Shown piece after piece: positions 12,405-23,072 of a stretch of DNA of 64,000 nucleotides. The position numbers were made by a program, and so were the translations under genes. The stretch's first letter is position 1; each line of letters begins with the position of its first letter. The notes under the pieces are model-generated. The model searched no databases and was not told where the DNA came from. It worked only from the letters and a program-made list of their open reading frames with translations. Source of the stretch: Zootoca vivipara (lineage: Eukaryota); NCBI RefSeq assembly GCF_963506605.1, contig NC_083277.1, forward strand, positions 5,704,001 to 5,768,000. The letters run 5' to 3'.

Positions 12405-12754
12405 CAGGGGTGGCCAACTCCCAAGACTTCAATCTACTCACAGAGTTAAAAACTGGCAGTGATCTACCCACTTTCAGGAGGTTCAGTTCAGGTCAAAACT
12501 GTTGAGCTTTTTTTAGGAGGGAAAGCCCTGTTGTTGTTTTTCGGGAGGAGGAAGATCAGGTTTTTTGGGGTTCAGGTCATATGTAGTTGTTGAGCTTTTT
12601 TCCAGGGAGGAGGGAATTCCCATTTGGGAGGGGGTCAGGGCTTTTTTAGGGGAGCCAAAGTTGTTGAGCTGGGGAGCCAGCAATCTGCCAGTGATCTACC
12701 ACAGATGTCCAGTGATCTACCAGTAGATCATGATCTACCTGTTGGACGTGCCTG
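12405..12754. mobile_element. Non-autonomous hAT nested in L2
   Basis: CAGG...CCTG ends; perfect 8-bp TSD GTCTAGAG; internal GTTGAGCTTTT repeats also seen at 50060-50345. Confidence 0.85.
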
Positions 12755-12967
12755 GTCTAGAGGAGCTGGGGGCACTGTCATACAGTGGTTCCACTCCTTC
12801 CTCCTGGGCCGTGTCCAGCAAGTGGTGTTGGGGGATGAGTGTTCAGACCCCTGGGCTCTCACTTGTGGGGTGCCTCAGGGTTCCGTCTTCTCCCCCATGC
12901 TTTTTAACATCTTCATGAAGCCACTGGGAGAGATCATCAGGGGGTTTGGGCTGGGTGTTCATCAGTA

Positions 12968-13185
12968 CGGTGGTACCTCGAGTTACAAACGCTTCAGGTT
13001 AGAAACTCCGCTAACCTGGAAGTAGTTACCTTGAATTGAGAACTTTGCCCCAGGATGAGAATGGAAATCATGTGCCGGCGGCAGCAAGAGGCCCCATTAG
13101 TGAAAGCGTGCCTCAGGTTAAGAACAGTTTCAGGTTAAGAACGGACCTCTGGAATGAATTAAGTTCGTAACTAGAGGTACCACTG
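12968..13185. mobile_element. Tc1/mariner-type MITE nested in L2
   Basis: CGGTGGTACCTC...GAGGTACCACTG TIRs; TA TSD; same family as 55834-56045. Confidence 0.85.
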
Positions 13186-14653
13186 TATGCGGACGATACC
13201 CAGCTCTACCTCTCTTTTAAATCAGAACCAAGGAATGGAGAGTGGAAACAAGGAAACTCTGTGGCAAGAAATATCCCTTCAAGCTCCCTTTGTTTCTGAC
13301 TCCCTCCCTCCCTGGAACCTGAAGCTTGTTTAAACTTCTGAATTCTGCAAAATAATTTCAAAGATCTGTGATCCTAGAAATGTCCTGAATTGGGGCTCCC
13401 CACCTCCAGCACCCTTTAAGGCTGGGTCAGCTGAGTTCCAAGGGGTTGGGGGGGGGAGGAGAAATAGATGGATTGGGGGAACCCCTCCCCCAAGTGAGCA
13501 GAAAAGACACAGGGGAAATAAAAGGCAAGAAGGTATTGACTGGAAGAAGGGAGGGGAAGAGGAGCAATGTGTCAGAAGAGGGAGAATATGCACAGCAGTC
13601 CTTTGCAGATTTACTTATAAGTAAGCTCCACTGAGTTCAATGGGATCTACTTTCAGGTCACTACTGTGCGTATCATGCCAGCCTTAAGAAAGGATAGAGG
13701 AAGCAGACTGATTTGTTTGGAATCCCAAAACATTACTGTTGGTGACTGTTGCAGAGGGGATGCCCCCTTTGAGCTTCTCCAGGGGCAGGAGAATATCTAG
13801 GGTAGGAGAATCCCTGCAGGGCCTCTGAGGCTCCCTTTGCTTCTTCCTCCCTCCCAGAGCCTGCAGTGTCTGAACTCCGCAGGAAGGATGAAAGAGGCTG
13901 ATCCTACAAACCTAGTGAGGATGGAAGGAGGAAGATGGACAGTTGACCTGGTCAGGTTGTCCCCCACAACCTTTGGATGTTCCCTCCCAGGACCCTCAGA
14001 GAGATCTGGTGAGTTCCAGGGAATGGAGATGGGGATCTGGGGAGATGTTGGGGGTAAGGAAGCTCCCCTCGCACGAAAACGAGGAAGGTTGCAGGGCAAG
14101 AATTCTGGGCTGTGAGAGATAAACGGTAGAAAAGGAAAGGAATGTTTTTCAATGGTGGCATGGGCGCAGGATTTTTGTTAGGGGGGGCAGAACTGGTGTG
14201 ATTGGTCAGTTAAATATTTCTAATGTTTTACTTGATCTGGGGGTGTGGCCCGTCACCCTCCTTGGCTACGCCCATGAATGCTGGCTGGTGTGAAGAAAAT
14301 TATTTTTCAGTAAGTTCCATTGTTTAACGCCGTGATGGGTCCTGAATCAAGTCAGCAGTGAGAGACTTGTGGGTCGTGGCAGCAGTCCCTCTCTAGCCCA
14401 CGAAACAAAATTCCTCAAACCGTGTCCTGCTGCCCTACATATGTGGCCTCAGGGGTGTGACGGGTGAGGCTGTTCCTTGGCACCTGAGACAAGATGAGGA
14501 CCACTTGCTTTTTAAAATACTCCCATATATACACAACTCCTGGTGTGCCTTTTGCAGACCCTCCCAAGTGTCCTTATTTTCCGGGGACAGTCCCAAATCT
14601 ACAAAAGTCGTCCCAGTTTTCTGATTTGATCCCGGAATGTCCTGCTTTTTCTT

Positions 14654-14990
14654 AAAGGTAAAGGTACCCCTGACCGTTAGGATCCAGTCGCGTAAGACTC
14701 TGGGGCTGCGTGCTCATCTCGCTCTATAGGCCGAGGGAGCCGGCGTTTGTCCACAGACAGCTTCCGGGTCATGTGGCCAGCAAGAGTAAGCCAGGGAAAT
14801 GCTGCTTACCTTCCTGCCAGAGTGGTACCTATTTATCTACTTGCACTAATGTGCTTTCGAACTGCTAGATGGGCAGGAGCAGGGACCAAGCAACGGGAGC
14901 TCACCCTGTCACGGGGATTCGAACCGTCGACCTTCCGATCGGCAAGCCCTAGGCTCTGTGCTTTAGACCACAGTGCCACCCGCTACCCTT
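14654..14990 (-). mobile_element. Sauria SINE
   Basis: Family match; shared with the duplicated segment at 25562-25985. Confidence 0.85.
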
Positions 14991-15560
14991 CCGTTTTTCC
15001 TTAGGATGTCCCTATTTTCGCCAGAGAAATGTTGGAGAGTATGGAGTTTTCCGACTCCTGAGCCATCTGAAGGCAGCCATGTTTAGGAAGGTTTTTTATG
15101 TTTAATGTTTTATTCTGTTTTTATATATGTTGTGAGCTGCCCAGAGTGGCTGGGGCAACCAAGTCAGATGGCCAGTAAAATTGTTGTTCAGTCGTTTAGT
15201 CGTGTCCGACTCTTCGTGACCCCATGGACCAGAGCATAGGAATAGAATGTCCCTATTTTCATTGGAGAAATGCTAGAAGGTATGCTTTTGGACTGTTGTC
15301 TGTAGGTTTCCCCCTGTGAACAAATGTAGGTCAATAAGTGTTGTTGACTTATAAGTGTTCTAAACTCTACTTAAGCAGAGGTTGGATGGCCATCTATCAT
15401 GGATGCTTTAGCTGAGTTTCCTACATTGTGGGGGTTGGACTAGATGACCCTTTGGCTCCCTTCTAGGTCTATGATTCTTATGTTTATCTGCTTCAACAAT
15501 AACCATAAGACTGAAAAACCAGTAGGAGAACACTTCAATCTCCCAGGACATTCTATACAA

Positions 15561-15698
15561 CAGTGTTTCTCAACCAGTGTGCCTCCAGATGTTTTGGGAC
15601 TACAACTCCCATCATTCCTGACCACTGGTCTTGCTAGCTAGGGATGATGGGAGTTGTAGTCCCAAAACATCTGGAGGCACACTGGTTGAGAAACACTG
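15561..15698. mobile_element. hAT MITE nested in Penelope
   Basis: CAGTGTTTCTCAACC TIRs; perfect 8-bp TSD CTATACAA. Confidence 0.9.
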
Positions 15699-16014
15699 CT
15701 ATACAAGATCTCAAAGCAGCTGTTTTATTACAGAGAAATTTCAGGAACAGACTGGAAAGAGAAGTTGCTGAATTGGAAATCATTACCAAGCTTAAAACCA
15801 TGGAAGCACCTGGGATGAATAGAGACATCGGATTCTTATCTCATTATGCATGATCAAGCTTTCTTTAGCACCTCAGCCCAGGACTAATTGCAGCCATCAG
15901 CAGCCATTAACAGCCATCTACAGGTTTACCACTCCCATCAGCCCATCACCCATTCCCACCCACCCCCCCCCCACCCTCTGTATATATATAGGGTCTGACA
16001 CTTCTGTTTCTAGT

Positions 16015-16052
16015 GTATCTGAAGAAGTGTGCATGCACACGAAAGCTCATAC
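16015..16052 (+). ncRNA. Minimal hammerhead ribozyme motif (Penelope type)
   Basis: GTAT-CTGAAGA-A-GTGTGCATGCACAC-GAA-AGCT-C-ATAC: CUGANGA and GAAA cores, palindromic stem II, palindromic AGCU stem III, GUAU/AUAC stem I. Confidence 0.75.
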
Positions 16053-16184
16053 CAAAATATAAACTTAGTTGGTCTTTAAGGTGCTACTGAAGGAATTTTT
16101 TTTATTTTGCTTCGACTCAGACCAACACGGCTACCTACCTGCTTCAACAATATTTCATTATGCTCCTATCATTTTATGTATCTA

Positions 16185-17947
16185 CTAGCTGGCCCTGCCA
16201 CACGTTGCTGTGGCTTTGTGTGTGAAATTAGGAAGAAAGGAAGAAGGTAGTTAATGTTCTTAAGTCTGGTATTTCTTTCTGTATGTTGTTGGTGCGTCAG
16301 TGATGGCGTAGTCTGTGTTGTTGTGGTTTTGGTTTTCTCTGTATAGGATGGCGTTGTTGGTGTTATTGGTTCGGGTCAAGTGCCTTTCACGTAGTCGTTG
16401 TGCGAAGGGGGAGGATCTTTTCGTTGGTACTTGAGCAGGAGTTTCCGTGGTCGTAGTTAAAACGTGGAAAGATTAAAAAAATACGAAGAAATTTTACAAA
16501 TTATTGTATTATAATTAGGGGGGTGTTAGATATTTAGTATAGTGGTGAAGTTGGGATGGTTAGAAGTTATGGAGGGTGGGTGTTGTTGGAGAGTCAGGGT
16601 AACATGGAGGTGGTCAGGGGTCAGGAGGTGGGAGTTGTGGGGGAGTGATTGATGTAATTGGGTGGAGTGTAAAGTTATGAAGGGGGTGTAACATTTATGG
16701 GAACATGGAGGCAGTTAGGGGTCCAAGGTTGGAGTTTTGTGCGGGTGGGTGAGTGGGTAATAGTGTAAGTTGGTATGGGAGGAAGTTATAGAGGGTGGGT
16801 GGTGTTGGAGAGTCAGGGTAACATGGAGGTGGTCAGGGGTCAGGAGGTGGGAGTTGTGGAGGAGTGATTGGTGTAACTGGGTGGAGTGTAAAGTTATGAA
16901 GGGGGTGTAACATTTATGGGAACATGGAGGCGGTTAGGGGTTCCAAGGTTGGAGTTTTGTGGGGGTGGATGGGTGGGTAATCGTGTAAGTTGGTATGGGA
17001 GGACGTTATAGAGGGTGGGTGGTGTTGGAAAATAAGGGGAACATGGAGGTGGTCATGGGTCCAGTGTTGGGAGTTCTGTGTGGGGTGTGACTGTATGCAG
17101 TCCTGGTCCAACATTTTGCGTCTTACCTGTGTACTCCTTCTTGGAAGGTTCTTGAGGGTGGGTTGGGGGGGATGTTGGGGGGGGGGTTGAGGCGGCATGG
17201 CAGGAAGTTCTTGAGGGTGGGTTGAAATCTGCACAGTGTAAAGTATGTTCGATCTTACCTGGACACTGCTCTGTGGAATGGAAGGGATGTAGAGGTCTGA
17301 GGTACGCATTGATCTGTGGTGTTGTTCTTGTTTTGAGGTTGTGGAGTCTGTTGGTTGGGCAGTCTCTGGGATGTGGCCTGTCTCCCTGGGCGGGCTGGAT
17401 CTGGGTTCTGGCATGTCTCCCGGGGCGGGTTGTTCCTTGCCGGCGACGTGATCTGTGGGGCGGGCACGGCCTCGGACGGCGAGGGATGGGGAGTGGCTTT
17501 TTATTGAGGCAGCCCTGTTCCCTGGCGGCGGCGCGATCTGTGGGGCAGCCGCGGACTGTGGAGCGGCCTTCTCCGTGGACGCAGAGGGATGGGGAGCACC
17601 CTGCTCTCGGGTGCGCGATCTACGGGGCGGGCGCATGTCCCTGGGGAGCTGCTTGCTCTCAGGGCAGCCTGCTCCCTGGTGGAGGCATGGTCTCCGAGGT
17701 GAGAGGGATAGTGGGAGTATGTTTGTCCTTTGTTTGTTGGATGGCCACTGGAGGGCGCAATTTTTTTTACATAAATCCATGTTTCTACCTATGCTAGGTG
17801 TGTCATCCGGTCAATGTAAGTGGATAGACACACTCCCACATGCGGATCCAATGTTGTGGGCAAATTTGAGGGTGATCGGGTACGCGGTTTTGGAGAAAGG
17901 TGTGGAATAACAAACATGGACCTCCTACATTTTTATAGAGAGAGAGA
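16185..17947 (-). mobile_element. Non-autonomous Helitron
   Basis: Minus strand starts TC and ends with hairpin GCCACAGCAACGTGTGGC followed by CTAG; sits between A and T with no TSD; absent from the unit A intron. Confidence 0.8.
16572..17075. repeat. ~220-bp G-rich tandem repeat (about 2.3 copies) inside the Helitron
   Basis: GAGGGTGGGTG(G/T)TGTTGGA recurs at 16572, 16791 and 17011. Confidence 0.85.
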
Positions 17948-18277
17948 TAAATTATAAAAATAAAACATGTTCTATTTACAAACAAAACATTTAAATAGCT
18001 ACATTTCTACGGGTAGGATGGGATGGGGGGCCACAGGAATGAAACAAGGTCAGAAGGGGGCCACGGCCTGGAAAAGGTTTAAACTCTGTTCTGCATCATG
18101 TTTCTGAATTTAAGAGAGGTTAGGGCAAGGTGGCACTTAGATTAGGAAGATTTTCTGTGGATGATGCAAAATGAAAAATAGAGATGCAAGCAGCTTCAAG
18201 TCAGCATTAAAAGTCCTGTGTGGATGAGGCCTTATAGAGACACAGCATCTTACCAGTTTTTGTTTTTAATCCATTAG

Positions 18278-19503
18278 GAAATGTTTGGGGGATCCTGAGT
18301 GAAGGCGAAACATCAGAAGTGCAACGTGAAAGAGTGGAGGAGCAACGGAAACTGTGGGTTCAAGTTGGAAGCAACAGAAAAGAGGGGACCCAAATGCAGG
18401 AGTTGGGGAAGGGATCCAGTCCTTCTATGGTTAATGAAAATCAAATTCACAGAGAGAAGTATGAATGTACTGAGTGTGGAAAGAGATTCCCTTATCGCTC
18501 AACGCTTACTACACATCAAAGAGTGCACATGGGTGAAAAACCATATACATGCTGGGAGTGTGGGGAAAGCTTCAGTCGGAAAAAATACCTTATTCTGCAT
18601 CGAAGAACTCATACAGGCGAGAAACCTCATAAATGCTGGGAGTGTGGAAAGGGTTTTAATCACAGTGGCTCTCTTACTTTGCATCAAAGAACTCATACAG
18701 GCGAGAAACCTTATAAATGCTGGGAGTGTGGAAAGAACTTCCGTGATAGTGGCTCCCTTAATATTCATCACGCAACCCATACAGGGCACAAACCGTATGA
18801 ATGCTTGAAGTGTGGAAAGTGTTTCCGTCAGAACCGCACCCTCACTACACATAAAAGAATCCATACAGGGGACAAGCCATATGAATGCTTGAAGTGTGGA
18901 AAGTGTTTCCGTCAGGACAGCAGCCTCATTAGACATAAAAGAACTTATACAGGGGACAAGCTGTGTGGAAAGAGGAGCATCCTCACTGGTGAAAAACCTT
19001 ACAAATGTTTGGACTGCGGGGAGGGCTTCAGGCACAAAGGCACCCTCACAAAGCATCAAAGAATTCATACGGGGGACAAACCTTATGAGTGTTTGGAGTG
19101 TGGAAAGAGCTTCAGTCGCAAAGACTCCCTTACCTCGCACCAAAGAAGTCACACAGGAGAAAAGCCTTATAAATGCTGGGAATGTGACAAGAGCTTCCGT
19201 TGGAGTGGCTCCCTCACAACGCATCAAAGAACTCATTCAGGGGAAAAGCCATATACATGTTTTGAATGTGGAAAGAGCTTCCGTGAGAGTGGTTCCCTTA
19301 CTCGGCATCAAAGAACTCATTCAGGGGAAAAGCCTTATACATGTTTTGAATGTGGAAAGAGCTTCAGTCAGAGTTGTCACCTTATTGATCATCAAAGAAC
19401 TCATATGGAGAAGACTCCTCATAAATGCTTTGAGTGCGACAAGAGTTTTTGTCACATTAGCTCCCTAACTAAGCATCAAAGAACTCATAGGGAAACATCT
19501 TAG
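18278..19503 (+). CDS. Unit B C2H2 zinc-finger exon (11 intact fingers); no own promoter or KRAB exon
   Basis: ORF 18319-19503; phase-1 acceptor ccattag at 18277. Confidence 0.9.
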
Positions 19504-19508
19504 AAGGG

Positions 19509-19735
19509 ACAAAAAAAATAATCCTTCCAGTAGCACCTTAGAGACCAACTAAGTTTGTCATTGGTCTGAGCTTTTGTGTGCATGCACACTTCTTCAGATA
19601 CACTGTCATTGGCATGAGCACACGAAAGCTCATACCAATGAGAAACTTAATTGGTCTCTAAGGTGCTACTGGAAGGAATTTGTTTTATTTTGTTTCGACT
19701 ACGTCAGACCAACACGGCTACCTACCTGTAACTAG
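19509..19735. mobile_element. Penelope pLTR inverted-repeat insertion at the stop codon of B
   Basis: Duplicate of 7909-8138 with the same TSD; hammerhead GAAA core is mutated. Confidence 0.85.
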
Positions 19736-20335
19736 ATCTTAGAAGGGTTTTTTGCTTTCAACTTGCTTTTTAAGTATAGAAGCAGTTTGTGGCCTTTCTT
19801 CTGCAAGCAAGTGTGAGGGAATTTGAGTGGGGGTTGGGATGGATAGTGGAAGATTTATAGGGAGGTTCAGTGCCACCTGTGAGGCAAGAGGTGGTTGTAG
19901 AGGAGAGCCAAGATGAAGGCAGGAGAGGAGTTGCAGGAATGCTCCAAAGTGGAAGAGAAGGTTCCCGAAAAGAGTCCTGCCATTGGACTCTCCTCAATCC
20001 CCTCACCCACTGCCTCCACTTACAACGAGGGGCATAAAGCAACAGCAACAAGGACCGCCTCTTTCCATATGAACCTACCTGGACCCTGAGGTCATCTTCT
20101 GAGACCCTTCTTCATGTGCCTCCTCCATGAGAGGCCTGGAGTGTGGCAACACAAGAACGGGGCCTTTTCAGCTGTGGCTCCCTGTTTGTGGAATACTTTC
20201 CTCAGGGCATCTAATGCCCTTTAAAAATGTGTTTTTATTTTTTTGGGGAGGGAGTTGTTTTTGTTTTGATTATATATTTTGTGTTTTTATATTGTGATAT
20301 TATCCTGTGAACTGCCCTGAAACCTGTGTGTATAG

Positions 20336-20913
20336 CAGCGTTTCTCAACCGCTGTTTCGCGGCACACTAGTGTGCCGCGAGACGCTGGCTGGTGTGCCGC
20401 GACGTGCGGCGACGAGAAGGGCGATTTACATTGTCACGTGCCTGGCGGCCGCCAATATTCAACACTGACCCGCCGGAAAGCAATATTTCTCCTCCTCTTT
20501 CCCAAAGCTCAGTGCAAACGACTGGAGGGTGGTTTTAGAGTCTAGGGAGGCCCCCTAGGGAGGCGCGCTCCAGATCCGCCGCCGGCCCCCCTTAAGCCAC
20601 ATCGAGGTTGCTCTGCCTCCCCTGCCTCCTTCGCCCGTCCTTCGCCATGGCTGCGTGGCGGACGCTGGGCTTTGCGGTCCGGAATTACTCGCAAGCAGCA
20701 GCCAAGGTAATCTTTCGCCTTTGAGCCGCCCCGCAGCTCCCCTGGAAGTGTGCGCGCCCTTGTAATTTGGCAAGTGTTTCTTACAGTCATAATTATATAG
20801 TCAATATAGGGCGGCACAGAGTTAAATTTTTTAACTTTTTTAATGGTGGTGTGCCTCGTGATTTTTTTCATGGAACAAGTGTGCCATGGCCCAAAAAAGG
20901 TTGAGAAACACTG
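20336..20913. mobile_element. Young CpG-rich non-autonomous hAT
   Basis: CAG(C/T)GTTTCTCAACC TIRs; 8-bp TSD GTGTATAG; empty site at 8743-8750. Confidence 0.9.
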
Positions 20914-20931
20914 GTGTATAGGGTAGTACAA

Positions 20932-21284
20932 AAAAGGAAAAGGGACCCCTGACCATTAGGTCCAGTCGCGGATGACTCTGGGGTTGCGGCGCTCATCTCG
21001 CTTTACTGGCCGAGGGAGCTGGCGTACAGCTTCCGGGTCATGTGGCCAGCATGACTAAGCCGCTTCTGGCAAACCAGAGCAGTGCACGGAAACGCCGTTT
21101 ACCTTCCCGCCAGAGCGGTACCTATTTATCTACTTGCATGCACTTTGTGGTTTCGAACTGCTAGGATGGCAGGAGCAGGGACTGAGCAACGGGAGCTCAC
21201 CCCATCGCGGGGATTTGAACCGCCGACCTTCTGATCGGGAAGCCCTAGGCTCTGTGGTTTAACCCGCAGCACCACCCGTGTCCC
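20932..21284 (-). mobile_element. Sauria SINE
   Basis: Duplicate of 8761-9114. Confidence 0.9.
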
Positions 21285-21727
21285 ATAGGGCAGTATACAA
21301 ATTTAATAACCAGCGATTTCTCCTGCATGACACCTCCAGCTATCATTATTTATTATTACACTCACCATTTTATTAAATTTGTATAGGGCAGTCAAAGCTT
21401 AGCTGAAAATAAATAATGTTGCCTCTCTCCTCAAAGTAGCTGCCTGGGGTGATGCTCTGTGGGTACCTCCCTGGGCAGAGTATTTCTTAGGTGGGAGCCA
21501 CCACTAAAAGTCCCATGCTTGGAGGAGGGCACAATACGAAGTGATAAATGCAGGTTGTGGGCTGATTCCTGAAGGAAGAGAGGAATATTGAATTGAATAA
21601 AAAGATGTAATGGTCGTCAGTGCAGTCACTTCAGAATGTGTTTTATATGCTCAGAGCATCTTGAACCAGTCAGCAATCTGGCCCCCAGTTTCTGCTGCAA
21701 CTGTGGTTTCTTCTCCAGATTCTTCAG

Positions 21728-21865
21728 GTATCTGAAGAGGTCTGCGAGGCACACGAAAGTTCATACCAATGACAAACTTAGTTGGTATCTAAGGTGCTAC
21801 TGGAAGGAATTTTTTTATTTTGTTTCGACTACGGCAGACCAACACGGCTACCTACCTGTAACTGT
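21728..21865 (+). mobile_element. Penelope pLTR fragment with degenerate hammerhead
   Basis: Matches 16015-16138. Confidence 0.75.
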
Positions 21866-21979
21866 TCAAAACTGGTTCTTCTTACAATGACAAGCTATCA
21901 CACATCAGGGGAAGGGGGTGAAGGCCTTGGTTACTTCTTTTATGATTACAGTATTTGATATATTTTAAAATAGTTATTC

Positions 21980-22335
21980 ACGGGATCCTGCATGGGGCAC
22001 CTGCTGGAGGAGAGGATCCTTTCCGGACAGAATCCGGGCGCCTCTCCTCGCTCTCCGCCCCAGCAGCCAAGAGGTTCCTGCCGCTCGTCTCCACAAGGGT
22101 TAATAGGAGCCACGGAGCTGAGATTCCTAGAGCGGAAAGGGAGTCCGGCGCCAGAGGAGAAGGAGGAGGAGCTTCCTGTCCCGGACCTGTCCTTCCTGTG
22201 GGACGCCGCTGCTTGTCCTGGAGGGGCCTTTGTCTTCTGCCTACCGGAGGATCTTCTCCCGTTCTTTCTCCGCAGGGATGGCTGCCTCTCCTGCCGCCTC
22301 CGGGTCAGATGCGGGGAGGGAAGGAGGACGAGGAA
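21980..22335 (+). promoter_or_regulatory. Unit C promoter/first-exon module
   Basis: Paralog of 2030-2405, followed by the same LTR fragment (22335-22482). Confidence 0.65.
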
Positions 22336-22505
22336 TGTATGTATGAAGTTTGGGGCTGGTCTTGGGCTACAGGGTGGGCAATTGCAAAAGTCTTTGTAGG
22401 AGCTTTGGGGTTCTCCTCCCTCCTGCGTGTGGTGAGGGGGAATCCTGTTGCAACACTATTTCCTTTAATAAAGATCAGGCTTCCTCCTGCGCTAAAGAAC
22501 ATTCC

Positions 22506-23072
22506 TTTTTTTCCCAACAGAAAAAAGGAAAATAAAAATAAAAATATACATACTTTCAAAGCAACATACAAAATAAATAAATAAATATACAAATAAAAAT
22601 AATACAAATAAAAATAATACAACAAAATAATACAACAACAACAAAATGCACAGAAAAAGATACCAAACAAATCAAAATAAATAGTCCCCTCTCACCCTAC
22701 ACCCCCCCCCCCCGGTGTGACTTCCAGACTATTCTCTATTTCGACATTAATTTCCCAAAAAGAATTTTTTGTATACCTTTTTAAATATTTTATATCTTGT
22801 TTGTATATATTACTTGAACTCATCACCTGTCTGCTAAGAGGTTGGTGTTTTCCACAAATTTATTCTTATAATCGTTGAATTTTTCCCAATCTTTATCGAC
22901 TTTATATTCAGATATTCCTTTGGTTTCTCCTATTTTCATTGCCATGTTTTGATATCTCATTAGTTTAATTTGCCAGTCCTTTATCATCGGAATTTGTACA
23001 CTTTTCCATTTTTTTGCTATGAGAAGTCTAGCGGATGCGGTTGCATACATGATTAAACATTTGTCCCCAAAT
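22506..23072 (-). mobile_element. 5'-truncated L1-clade LINE
   Basis: ORF2 C-terminus-like peptide ATASARLLIAKKWKSVQIP...W, 3'UTR and polyA (T run at 22506); 15-bp TSD GCTAAAGAACATTCC (22491-22505, 23073-23087). Confidence 0.85.

Larger units (their letters stand above)
10324..13230 (+). mobile_element. Degenerate L2-clade LINE (APE and RT remnants, 3'-truncated)
   Basis: Fragmented motifs GYRPP, LGAFNIH, GHVLDLVF, SDHFLV, NYRPVSNL, FQSGFR, LSAAFDTIDH, GVPQGS, YADDTQLY with stops and frameshifts. Confidence 0.85.
15502..16138 (+). mobile_element. 5'-truncated Penelope retroelement (end of GIY-YIG domain plus pLTR)
   Basis: KTEKPVGEHFNLPGHSIQ...DLKAAVLLQRNFRNRLEREVAELEIITKL; TSD CTGCTTCAACAATA (15488-15501, 16139-16152); empty site near 26485. 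Confidence 0.9.

Noticed and set aside
13837-14115. 92-aa ORF conserved at 24745-25023
   Set aside because: Conservation is explained by the recent segmental duplication; no known domain or clear splice signals
16914-17780. 288-aa Pro/His-rich minus-strand ORF
   Set aside because: Lies in the low-complexity Helitron interior and is frameshifted in the duplicate copy; no recognisable Rep or helicase motifs
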